A model generated the notes under the pieces. That model did no database searches and was not told where the DNA came from. It saw only the letters and a list, made by a program, of their open reading frames with translations. Position numbers and translations under genes: made by a program. Below are positions 1 to 11,222 of a stretch of 64,000 nt of DNA, piece by piece (position 1 is the first letter of the stretch; each line of letters begins with the position of its first letter). Source of the stretch: Schizochytrium sp. TIO01 (Eukaryota; Protista; Bigyra: Labyrinthulomycetes); NCBI GenBank assembly GCA_004764695.1, contig SMSO01000032.1, positions 8,960,483 through 9,024,482 of the forward strand. The letters run 5' to 3'.

Positions 1-580
1 TGGCAGGGTGCTGACGACAATACCGTTCTACAGCTCCTCCATTACCAAGTCTACTGTCACGTTTGTGAGAATGGATCATTAGTAACTAATACCGTCACGT
101 AGCTTACTTTTAAAATAAAAAGAAAGTTTTTCGAAGCCCCAGCGCTATCGCCGCTAATTCGCTTTTCAAGGAAGTTTGAAACTACAGCATGCACATGCCA
201 GAGAGAGGTGACTTGCTTTCCGCGGAGACAGAGCTCCTTTCTAGAATCCTGACTTTGCTGTGAATTTCATTCAAGTTGTGACGTCCAGATTCTAAACGCC
301 GCGACCAGCACCAGCATCGCCAGTGCTAAAATACCAAGTTTCCCAGTTTTCGCTTTTATTTCTCATGGAATTGCAAAGTTTAGAGATTTTTTACATAGTT
401 CCTCCTAGTGCCTACCTACGTAGCTAGAGTACATAGTCAGATAGTAGAGTTTTGGAGTTTTTCTCGTATGACTTAAGTTTATACCCCAAATGAAGTTCCT
501 AAAAGATTTTATGGAGTTGCCTCTGATGTGAGTAACCTGAGTTCGATTGCTCCATCGATAATAGCTACTTGCAATTATAA

Positions 581-961
581 TTAGGATTCACATGGGACCT
601 CGGCACAATGCAGCGGCAACCCTTCGCCCCAAGCGGCGTCTTTAAGGTCAGGAGGGTGGGAGGTTGGTTCATAGACCCTTGCGTGCTCACTCAGGTTGTC
701 CTGGGAACGATGGTGCTCACATGGATTGCCGCGGTCGTCTACATGGCCGCAAGTGCACTTCTCTGGCAGCCGGGCACCTAGAGAAACGTGCAACTTTAAT
801 TTCGAGTCCATGATGAAGAGGCGGCCGTCGTCTCGCGAGAATGAAAAAGTGGAAAAGTCGAGTAGTGTACCAAAGAGTCTGAAATCAAAAGTTCGTTTTT
901 CTCGAGGCAGTTGAGGGTGGCAACAACTTCGATTGAGAAATTGATAGAACCTAGTGCCTTT
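581..961 (-). pseudogene. SWIM zinc-finger-containing relic, probably a Mutator-like (MULE) transposase fragment
   Basis: A stop-to-stop minus frame reads ...LHVSLGARLPEKCTCGHVDDRGNPCEHH, matching SWIM CxCx6GxPCxH. It is followed by a PPDLK segment. No DDE domain or TIRs were seen. Confidence 0.4.
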
Positions 962-1443
962 CTACTCGGTTCACTCTAGGAAATGCAGAGGTTGAGCTGA
1001 CTTGTTGACCAGCACGAGAGACTATATGTGTACTCGTCGAGAGAATACAATCCTTTTGCTCTGTACATCTGCCTGATGCTACAATCTTGGGGAGACCTCC
1101 AGGTTCCCCGACTCATAACATATAGCTTTTTAAGACAATGTAATTTAGAAATGAAATTGAGATATTTGATCATTAGAGCCTTTTGTTTCTCAAGCAGTAA
1201 GGTATGCAACGGCGCGTATTGTAAAAGTGATGGTAGTTCTTGGTACTGTTGTAGTTGCAGGTGGGCGACTCTTGTTTGTTGTTTTCTTGATCACGGCGAA
1301 CAAATTTAGACACGCATGTACACACGAAGATGAATTGAGTGGGGCGGGATGCAATAGAATGCGATGGCAAGGAGCGGTCAGATAATGTTTGAGAGCGAGA
1401 AGAAAGAAAGTTTGCAAATGGGGTAAAATCAATGTGTAGTAGA

Positions 1444-3053
1444 TTAGTTGTTGAACTTAAAGTGCATGATGTCACCATCAAGGACCTGTTACGAATAAAT
1501 TACAAAGGAACACATCATGTGTTGAGTGTTAGTATGTTTGTTTGAATGAGTACTGTGTAAGAAAGTGCGAGGAACTCTCTGCGCCCATACAGTTAAAACA
1601 GTATTGTGTTTGTTTGTGGGGTGGGACGAAGATATAACTTACCTCGTAGTTGCGGCCCTTCATCATGAGCTTACCAGCGGCCTTGACGGCAGCCTCGCTC
1701 TTGAGCTCCATGAGGGTGTCGAACTGCATAACATCAGCAGAGATAAAGCCCTTCTCGAAATCAGTGTGAATGATACCAGCAGCCTTAGGCGCCATGGTAC
1801 CGACCTTCAAGGACCAAGCGCGGACCTCATCCTTGCCGGCAGTGCTGTTGTATTACCAAAGTTTCATTAGTAAAAATGTCAAAGTCGATCGCATAATTTG
1901 CAAATTGCCATAAAAAGCGTGTCAGTCATTTCCTATTCTTTTCAGTATAGTTACATCAAGTCCGCCAAAAAGCAAAAATACCCATTTTGCCTTGGCTGCT
2001 AAGGACCCTCTTACAAAGTAGCTTGCGAGATACTTTAATGTGGTAGCCCTGTACGTTCCAGTGCAGATCTATGATCCTTGGATCTACAGGTCTCAATTCA
2101 AAGTAAATAAAAACTTACAAGTAGTGGATGAGGTTGAGGGCCTCGTAACCGCTCTTGATGATCTTGGGGATCATGGTGCGAGCGCCAGCCTCCTTCATGA
2201 ACTTCTGCTTGGCCTGGGGTCCGCCAGCCATCTCTGCGTCGACGCACTCCTGCTCGAAGGTGACGGAGAAGGGAAGCACAAGGTCTCCGCAGTCGCGTGC
2301 CTTAACGAACTCGTCAATCTTAGGGAGCCACTTGTTACCCTTGGCAATAAATGCCTTGCGGGAGATGTTAACAAGGTAGATCATGGGCTTGGCAGTGAGG
2401 AACTGCATGGTGTTAAGGATCTCAATCTCCTTGGCCTCCCAGTCCACAGCGCGGATATCCTTCTTGTCCTCGCTGAGCACGTGAAGGCACTTCTGGATGG
2501 TCTCGTACTCGAACTGCTTTTCCTTGCCACCAACCTTCTTGTCGTACAAGTTCTTGTTGCCGGAGATGTAGGTCTGGCACTGCTCAATGTCCTTCTTGCG
2601 GAGCTCGTCGTGGATGATGCCAAGGTCACGAACGGGGTCAACACTGTCCTCGACGTGGGTCACATCCTTGTCCTCGAAAGCACGGCACACGTGGAAGATA
2701 CCATCAACGGCACGAATATGCGACAGGAAAGCGTTACCGAGGCCAGCACCCTCTGCAGCGCCCTTGACGAGACCGGCAATGTCTGTGATGGTAAGCATAG
2801 CAGGGACCTCGCTGTTAGGCTTGTACATGGCACAGAGGTCCTTGAAGCGCTTGTCAGGAACAGGCACACGAGCGACGTTAGGGTCGATGGTACAGAACGG
2901 GAAGTTCTCAGCGGCAACAGAGAGCTTGGACATGATGTTAAACATGGAGGACTTGCCCACGTTGGGAAGACCCACGATGCCCATCTTGACGTTGTTGCCG
3001 GGGCGGCCGAGAAGCACGCGCTTAGGCGGCTCTTCACCTTTCTTGGGTGCCAT
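1444..3053 (-). CDS. OLA1: Obg-like ATPase 1 / YchF family; join(3053..2119,1844..1643,1485..1444), 392 aa
   Basis: Motifs [27 protein letters not shown] and GEGLG-like GAGLGN. Splicing at GTAAGT/CAG sites restores the TGS domain (IHYF|[10 protein letters not shown]...GRNYE|[13 protein letters not shown]). ATG context is AAGATG. Confidence 0.95.
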
Positions 3054-4585
3054 CTTAAGTAAAAGCGAGCGGAGCGAACTACTGACGGTGGACGGAGAGC
3101 GACAGCGAGTAGCAAGTCTGGCGGAAACCACCGTCTGACTTTCCAGAGCAAGAAAGACTTTCTTCGTCTCTCTCTTTCATCAATCTATTAACATTACTAT
3201 GAATGGACTCTCTCTCTAGCAACAACTTAGTACACGGATAGTCGATCCTTAGCTAGAAGGCAGGGTGCCTACTCATCCTTGCCGCCATTCTACGAAGGAA
3301 GGGGAGCGCCAATCTCTGCGGCAGGATCCTCAGAACGCTCTGCTGTAAAATCCTGCTTGCAAGCAGCCCAACGGGAGCTTCATAGTAGAACCCACGTCGC
3401 GAATGTTGGACAAAAAACCCATACGCAAGCAACGCCCAGATCCACAGGAGAGACAAAGCGGAAAACTAAGGGTATCTCTAAGGGCTCATTATGACCCACT
3501 AAGACTACAGATTGTATCACAGCCGCCGCCACCGATGGTTCATGGAGAGTACCCCAAGCTGCTTCCAGTACTATACTATATATGATTGAACTTGTTGTGA
3601 TTGTTATTAGCAATACCCCCTAGCTTGACCTGTTATTGCCGCAGAGTAAAGAACTGGAAAGAACGGGTGGTGGCGATGTTAGCGAACGCTAAACTAATAC
3701 TAAGCATCATAGGATTTGTTCATCTAGAAATTAATCAGGCACATCCCAGTGCTTGTGGCTATACGCACCACACTTCCCCTATTTTAAGATGTGCTGACCG
3801 AAACCTTTGGAAACATAAAGCATGTAATCAACGCTAACATGGTACCTACATAAGTATCTTATGTTGTGATTCTGTATTTTAGAAAGGTATTGCGGGTGTC
3901 ATGGATAATTACTGCCAAACTTAGAAATCTTAAACGTAAGAAATAAAGTTGATCAGCATTTTGTTGGAACATGGATGGTACTGTAAGCAATACGTGGCTT
4001 CAATTTTATTTTTAAAAAGTTGAATATGAACTGAAAAGGATTTATGCAAGGTCACGATTCCTTTCGGTAACATAGAAACTCATGCACAATCTTGGATTTG
4101 TTCTCAAAAAGGTCCAGAAAATTTGAGGAATTTACGTCCATGGAAACAGAATCCATTAAGCGAATTCCGCCGAAAGACTAGGTTTTTGGAAATTGTAAAA
4201 TAAAGTCTGCATGCTTCTTAACTTATACGCAGAAGCAAGTTTAGTCAAGGAAACCAAGCAGGGAGTTGCTCAGGAGTGATAAGAAAGATACATACAGGCT
4301 AAAAGTTAAAACGAATTTGTACGGACTGGCAAGAAAATCAATCATTCGTGTTTGCAGTTGGGCAACAACAGCTTGTCAAGAAAGATTCACATTGAGATAT
4401 AGGAGAAAAGATTGCATATGATGGTACCAATTCGGGCAATGACGTAATGATATAAAAGAAAGTAGGAGAGAATCTACGTGGACAACAACAACAAATCTCC
4501 CAATTTGTAAGCTCGAAGCGTACAGTAGAATGGGAGTGCCTTACTTGTTTGCTTGCTTCCCTTGTTAGCAACGAAAGAAATAAAA

Positions 4586-7168
4586 TCAATAGTGCAAACT
4601 TGCGAAGGGATCAGAGCTGTTGTTCTGTTGTTGCTGCTGCTGCGGCTGCTGCTGCATGCCAGGCGGCATGTTATAGTAGGGCTGCTGCTGTTGCTGCTGC
4701 TGTGGTGGGGCGTACTGGTTGTTAGAAGGCCCGCTACCATAGTATGACTGACCTTGCGGCAGCTGTTGCTGCTGCTGTTGCTGATAGGATGGGTGCACGG
4801 GGGGCGGTGCATGGCGTGCCGGAGGCGGTGCATGGCGAGCTGGCTGCATTTGCCCTCCTCCAGAAGGCAAAGTTTCGCGTTGCGGCATGTTGATCGGTGC
4901 AGGCGTAGCATAGGTGTTTCCATACGGCTGCGCAGGTTTCCACGATGCCGGGGTGACAGGAGGAGGCGGGCGCTGCTGTTGCTGCTGCTGCTGCTGCTGG
5001 CGTTGCTGGCGTTCCCGCTCCTGGCGTTCCCGCTCCTGCTGCTGCTGTTGCTGCTGCTGTTGCTGCTGTTGGCGTTGTTGCTCCTCGTAGCGCCTCTGCT
5101 GCTCCATTTGCTGCTGGCGTTGCTGCTCCATCTGTTGCTGGCGCTGTTGCTCCTCGTAGCGTCTGTGCTCCTCTTGTTGACGCTGCACCATACTGTTGTG
5201 CGCCTCCATCTCCAGACGCTGCTTGTCGCTCATGAGCTGTGCCTTCTCCATCTCCAGGCGTCTGTGCTCCTGCATGATGTGTTGGTTCTGCTGTTGAGCA
5301 AGTCTTGCTTGTTCCTGGTGACGCCGCGTCTCCTCGATCTGCTGGTTGATGCGAGCATTTGCCGCTCGTTCCACATTCTGCCGAGCTTGTGCTTCGATCT
5401 CCGCTCGGCGTCTGAAGTCTTCTGCAGCGCGTTTTTGATTGCTGATTTCGTTGTGGGCACTGGATAGTGCTGCTTTGAGCTTCTCCGTTTCTGAAGACAT
5501 CTGGCCCATGAGTGCGTTGAGGCCCTGAACCTGTTGCGTCAGGCTCTGAATTTGGGCCTGAAGCCTCTGCTGGTTGGCCTGGACACCCTGGAGCTGGTTC
5601 TGTGCTTCTGCGCGGAGTGCTTCCGCGCTTGCCTTCTCCTGTTTGAGCTTGTCGATCTCTGCTTGCATCTGGCGGTACCGCACGGCATACCCCTGATTGA
5701 TCTCGTCCCGTTGTCTCTTTGCAGCCTCTTGCTCCTTCAGCAAGGCCTGCTCGATACGTTCTCTGGCAGACTTTTCTTCAACGGCAAGTGCTCTGGCCTT
5801 TGAAATCTCCTGAAGATCCTGTGCCTTCTGAGCCTCATACTCGGCCCTCTTGCGCTGCAGCGTCTCCTCGAGTTTCTTGCGGTCGTTTTGCCTGTTGGCC
5901 TGTACCTGCGCATTAAACTGCGCTTCTGCAAGCTGTCGCTGCTGATCCACAGCGCTGCGAGCCTTTGCGATCTCCATCTTTGCCTGCTCAAGTTTCTGCT
6001 CGTACATTTGCCTGATGCCGTCCACTTCTTGCGCATGAGCTGCTTTCTCCTGTTCGTACTGAGCCTGCAACGAAGATCCCTTCTGCTTCTCTGCCATGAA
6101 CATCTCAGCTCTACGCCTGGACTCCTCTTCTCTGCGGAGAACTTCGTCGCGATTGCGTTTTTCGTAGTCCTCTTGAAGCTGCGCAATGCGTTTTTCCAGT
6201 GCATCTTTTTCAGACTTGCTATTATTGAAGGCGTCTTCAATCATGGATGCCGCGTTACCCTGTTCTTTCTTAAGCTCCGCTTCGAGTCCGGATCTTGTCT
6301 TTGCGTGTTCCATTCGCTCTGCGTCGAGAAGCCTTTGGTACTCCTCGCGTGAGGCCTCTGCGTGCTGCAGGTTGACACGGATGGCTTCGACCTCCTGCGC
6401 AAGTTTCTGAGATTTCTCGCGCTCGGCCATGAACTGCTCGGCACGTTTCTGGCTCTGATCCTCCCTGGAAAGAGCAAAATCCCTTTCGCGTGTCTCGAAC
6501 TCGGTACGCATCTGCGCTGCCTGTGCCACGAGGCGCTCATTCTCCTTAAGAACTGCCTCAAGACGCTCCTGTGCAGCGGATCCTGCCTCTGCCTGGCGCT
6601 CCATGTACTCCGAGTTCAACTCCTGCTCCTTCTGCGCAAGACGTTTCTCAGCGTTGAGGCGAGCCTCCCGCTCTGACTCCACTTCGCGACGCAGCTCTGC
6701 AACACGGGCCTCTAGACCATCACTCTGCTCACGAGCTGCGGCGAGGTCGCCTTCGCGAGCCGCAAAAGCTGCCTCGTGCTCTGCAGCAGCACGCTCTGCG
6801 GCTGCGCGTTCCAGTTGAGCTTTTTGCAGCTGCGCCTCAGCAAGATCCACATTCACGGGGCCACCAAAGCCGTCATCATCACCGTCCTCTGAGGCAAAAC
6901 CAGCATTCGTGCTCTCCGACCGGCCCATGCCGACGGCATTGGCGTCTACATCGTCCTCATCGTCGTCAGTAGGGCCAAGGGGAGGCGTGCCCTCAGGGAA
7001 GTCGAGGAAGGCAGTAGGGAAGATACCTTCAGAACCGGAGGAGGAGCGAACCTCACACCAGCCATCGCCGTAGTCGAAGCGAACGTCAAGCTCATCGCCC
7101 TCGTGCGCCTTGACCTGTCCTTCCTCGCCCTCAGGGTCGAATTCTGTGTTCACCACGCCGCGAGTCAT
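4586..7168 (-). CDS. N-terminal SH3 domain, long coiled coil and Q/P-rich C-terminus
   Basis: Starts at AAGATG 7168 (the ORF-track start is TTG). SH3-like EFDPEGEEGQVKAHEGDELDV..DGWCEV..GSEGIFPTAFL, then ~600 aa of E/Q/A/R heptads, polyQ tracts and HAPPP repeats. Confidence 0.8.
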   Translation of the reverse strand: MTRGVVNTEFDPEGEEGQVKAHEGDELDVRFDYGDGWCEVRSSSGSEGIFPTAFLDFPEGTPPLGPTDDDEDDVDANAVGMGRSESTNAGFASEDGDDDGFGGPVNVDLAEAQLQKAQLERAAAERAAAEHEAAFAAREGDLAAAREQSDGLEARVAELRREVESEREARLNAEKRLAQKEQELNSEYMERQAEAGSAAQERLEAVLKENERLVAQAAQMRTEFETRERDFALSREDQSQKRAEQFMAEREKSQKLAQEVEAIRVNLQHAEASREEYQRLLDAERMEHAKTRSGLEAELKKEQGNAASMIEDAFNNSKSEKDALEKRIAQLQEDYEKRNRDEVLRREEESRRRAEMFMAEKQKGSSLQAQYEQEKAAHAQEVDGIRQMYEQKLEQAKMEIAKARSAVDQQRQLAEAQFNAQVQANRQNDRKKLEETLQRKRAEYEAQKAQDLQEISKARALAVEEKSARERIEQALLKEQEAAKRQRDEINQGYAVRYRQMQAEIDKLKQEKASAEALRAEAQNQLQGVQANQQRLQAQIQSLTQQVQGLNALMGQMSSETEKLKAALSSAHNEISNQKRAAEDFRRRAEIEAQARQNVERAANARINQQIEETRRHQEQARLAQQQNQHIMQEHRRLEMEKAQLMSDKQRLEMEAHNSMVQRQQEEHRRYEEQQRQQQMEQQRQQQMEQQRRYEEQQRQQQQQQQQQQQQERERQERERQQRQQQQQQQQQRPPPPVTPASWKPAQPYGNTYATPAPINMPQRETLPSGGGQMQPARHAPPPARHAPPPVHPSYQQQQQQQLPQGQSYYGSGPSNNQYAPPQQQQQQQPYYNMPPGMQQQPQQQQQQNNSSDPFASLHY

Positions 7169-10100
7169 CTTGGTGGTCAACTTGCTTTTGCTTCAAGGTA
7201 TCCAAGTTGAAAAATCTACTTTCTCTGCGTGGACTACCCCAACTTAGGGAGTTCTGGCCACCGCAAGAGCGCTGCTGATCACGAGCGGGACCTGCCTGCG
7301 CCGTGGACAGACGGATCCTTTGTGAAGGTTGCGCAAGGCCTGGCTTCAGACGCTTACCGCAGAGCTTGGATAGTAGTCAGAAAATAGAGAGACAGATATC
7401 CTATCTATCCAATACAGATGGATAGATTAACGAGCGAACAGGGTGCAGCAGCTCTGTCTCTCCGGGCAAGAGGTCAGGTGCGACAATGAGTACGGTAAAT
7501 TGAGATAATTGCTTTGTCGCCGCAGACGGACGCGCGTCCGGGAGCTTTCGCTGCGAAACCGGGGGGGACCTCTGATCGCAAGATCGATCGAAGTTTGGTC
7601 GATCTTCTGCTTCTCCTGCTTCTTCTGCTTCTTTCTTTTCTTCCTTTCTTTTTTATTTCGTTTTATTTCTTTTCTTTCTTTCTTTTAAAGTTCTCTCTCC
7701 GAACTCCTTTTTTTACTCTGAGGTTTGAAATTGGCATAGGAGGTGTCTACCATATGTTACCTGTATTACTTCATTTTTCAAAGTAATAAAATAATTATAA
7801 CTTATTTTAAGCTGTCAACCTCACTGTTTGTGATACGTCTCCTCTTATTTACTTCTTCGCCCAGCAATTTAAGCTAACATAAACTACAAATACAAATAAA
7901 ATAACTTTTAGGTAGAGAAGAAGTAGTTTGAGGAAATCTTTCAGGGCATAGCTCTGGGCACGCGTGGCGGTTGAGCAGGAAACAGGTGTACGCTTAGCTA
8001 ATCGTCTCTGGTATTAATGACGTGTGTCAATCAATCACATTCAACGAAGAACTGCCATCATTATTTTTATTTTTATTTTTTATTAAAGTAAATTAAACTA
8101 CCAACCTCGTATCTTTGTTACAGTGTCGCTCACTAGCACGAGTAGATAATTGGTAGTAGTAGAGCTTTCTTTTCTTTTCTTTTCTTTTCTTTCATTAGTA
8201 TTAAAGCTAAAGAAACGAGAAACAATTATAATCCCCAGCAGCAGACTGGATATAGGACACAGGGCAAGTAAGTCCTGAAAAATACCCTCATAGGTCGTCT
8301 TTTATCTCAGTTATTTCTGCTGTAAAAGGGGTATACTATACGTTTACTGGATTGACGAATGTGGCGCAAAGGCGGACGATGGACAAGAATCACCGGGAGT
8401 GGACACAGTCCACGGCACTCTTATTGCTCAAGCAAGCATCAGCGAGTCTGACTCCAAGCCAAATAGCCAAGCAGACTGAGTCGCAAGCGGCACTAAATCG
8501 AAGTGAGCCGGTTTTTCCAAACTTATTCATATCGAAACGATGTTTTCTTGATGCGCCAGTCATCATCATGTCGTTTTTTAATCGAATTCTTCATCAGCAC
8601 TCACAGGTTAAGTAAAAATACGACCAGGATACACATGAGACCAATAGCGCCTCAAATGCAGGTCATACAGGTGACTGGGCACGTATTTGTTGTGCTCCGG
8701 TCATGTGGCTGAGCTGTAAGATCCTCCTTGTCACTTCCGCGCAGCTGCTCGTGCTATTGGAAAGCTTCACAAGTTTTTGTTTTCGTTTGTTTGTACAAAA
8801 CGCACAGAAATAACTTTGGCTGTTTGCACGGCGACTGGCGCAAAGAATTTGGTCTCCAAGCTCACGGTAAAGCAGATGAGCTCAGCTCCGACAAAGTCTA
8901 CAAGCTAAGCGCTGGTTCCTCTTCAAGCTGCTGCTCGTGTCGTTGCAGATGTCCGGTTTGCAGGAACGAACTCATCTTCTCACCATGCAGGTATGCCGCC
9001 AAAATATTGATTTTTATTTTTATCTTCATCTTTATATTTTTGTTGCTATATATTACTCTTTCTTTCTTTCTTTCTTTTTAAATAAAAAATATAAATTGCA
9101 ATAGCCAACTTGAAGGGAGTGGATATCCTTCAGTTGATAGATTCACCCAGCTTGAAGTCAGGACCCAGGTTTGTAGTGATGATACGCCCGGTTTCAGGGC
9201 ACTCGCATGTCAAATAGGCAGCTCAGGAGCGAGCAAACCACGCCAATTACCTTCTTCCCGTTCACTGCAACTAATGTGTTTGTTTGCTTTATTTTTCATT
9301 ATTGAGATGGCAGAGGCAACTTCGTTTCTTCCTGTAGTACTAGTGTCGGTATTAATCTTCTTTATCTTTTCAAGCAATGTTGACTTGTATTTTAGTTTAG
9401 GCACCTAAGTACCTCTGAGCAACTTGTTCAATCATCGCCTTCATCAATCGTCAAGGAACTAGGAGTGTTCGTCCTCAATTTCCAGCGCTCGCAGTATCCT
9501 ATACATCAGCGTAGGGCGATCGTTCATATCACAGCTAGGTGCATCTTTTATATTGGCAATGCCAGAGCTGGATTCTTTCTTTCAAGAAATAAACACCAAT
9601 CAGGCGTACAATACGGCTGCGACCTACCGCAGTGCTAGGCGGGTACTAAGCAGGCACCTACCTACCAATTATGATGTTATCTTTCCTTTAAAGTTCTTCT
9701 TCGTGAAAGAAAATGAAAATGACTATTTTAATACATCATTTTTCTTGATGGCCACAACTCTGTGCATCACATGTTCAGAGCGCCCATGCAGCCAGGCCCC
9801 ACGAGCTGAAGTTGCTTACATTGCTGCAATTCGCGCATTCACTCTCGCAACCACCGGTTCCCCCCGCGTTCTGTGACGAGAGCAGAACAAGCAACCACAG
9901 AAAGCGGTCTGGGGACAGCGTTCTATGATCAGGCAGACCCACAGACAGGCATTTGGATAATGAGCATGGGATGAGACCACAATATCAAAGCACAATCTTG
10001 TAAGAGCATCTCTGGGTAAGACCATATCTTGAAACCAATTCTGCTGAGTTTTATTTAGAAACCAGAGACAGCTTGGACCAAGCGGCTGGTTCGATTGTGG

Positions 10101-11222
10101 CGTGGACTCACCGGCCTGTGAGGGCTTGAAGGCGCTGAGTGGCGCGGCTAAAGCATAGATTGCGGATTTTCATGGATTCTTGAAATTGCACATTTGAGCA
10201 GGAACCTTGTGCTGCAAACTGCAAACATATCTGCTCTCGGGGGGGGGGGGTGAGCGACTTCAGACAAATCCAAACTTCCCGTCGCCAGAGCCAATGACTT
10301 CGAACAACTGCGTGGTTGCCACCACCACCACCACCACCAACACCTGAGTACAGCTGTGAAGTCGAGGAACTTGAACTTGGCGAGCGCACGTGCTGCCACG
10401 TGGGCATCTTCCAGGCATGCTGCTGTAGACCTACTTCCCAAGGTAAGCAGAGACCGCTGGCCTCTGCCCAGCCCCGTATCTAAAGCTCTTCCATACTGTC
10501 AAAATGTGCATCAGGGCTCCCGGCGTCGCTAGCGAGGCCTTCGCTTCTCTCCAAGACCTTTGCTGCAACTAACTAAGTTCGTACCTGCATAAGCAGACCA
10601 ACCCTGTCCCATTTGATTTTGCATTCGGCGAACTAGCTTGGTACCTGTTTTTAATCGGTGTCACCAAGGGGGGCTACAATTACGATCGGGGTAACCGAGG
10701 AAGCTGAAGTTTCTCCGACTCCCCGTCGTTCTTACGTGCGTTCCGTTCTCTCGCTGATGGGCTGTAAAAAAGAACTTTGGAAAGATACAGTCTGCCAGGC
10801 AACCGTCTGAGATCGACCATTTCATTTCACTCGGCAGCTCTTGTACGTAGCGCTTGAATTGCATTCCACGTACGAGAGATGGCACTGATGTCTACACTGG
10901 TTTCAACTTGTGTTGTTTTGTCAAATCTATGACAGATTATTGAAGTTCTTCACCTGCGGTGGCACTTTATATAGTACAACAGTTAGTACCATAGTAGTAA
11001 GAAGAATATCAGCATTCATTCATCGTTGTTATAATCTTCGTTGATTCATCTGCCGCGATCGCTCACAGCAGAATCCTCAGTCCCTATTGGAGCACGCCTC
11101 GCGTCCAGGAACGACGCGTCGCGACTGCTCAGACTCCAATCGATAGGTCGCATATCTGACCTTCCAGTCGCTGAGCTTTGGCTCTCTCAGCTCGATTACT
11201 TGGACGCTTGGCGTAGACCACC

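Noticed and set aside
2040-3062. 340-aa plus-strand ORF antisense to OLA1
   Set aside because: Shadow ORF from strong codon bias, with no motifs.
10108-10885. Coding-like GC-rich minus-strand fragments upstream of GRASP
   Set aside because: No consistent frame, splice pattern or recognisable motif.
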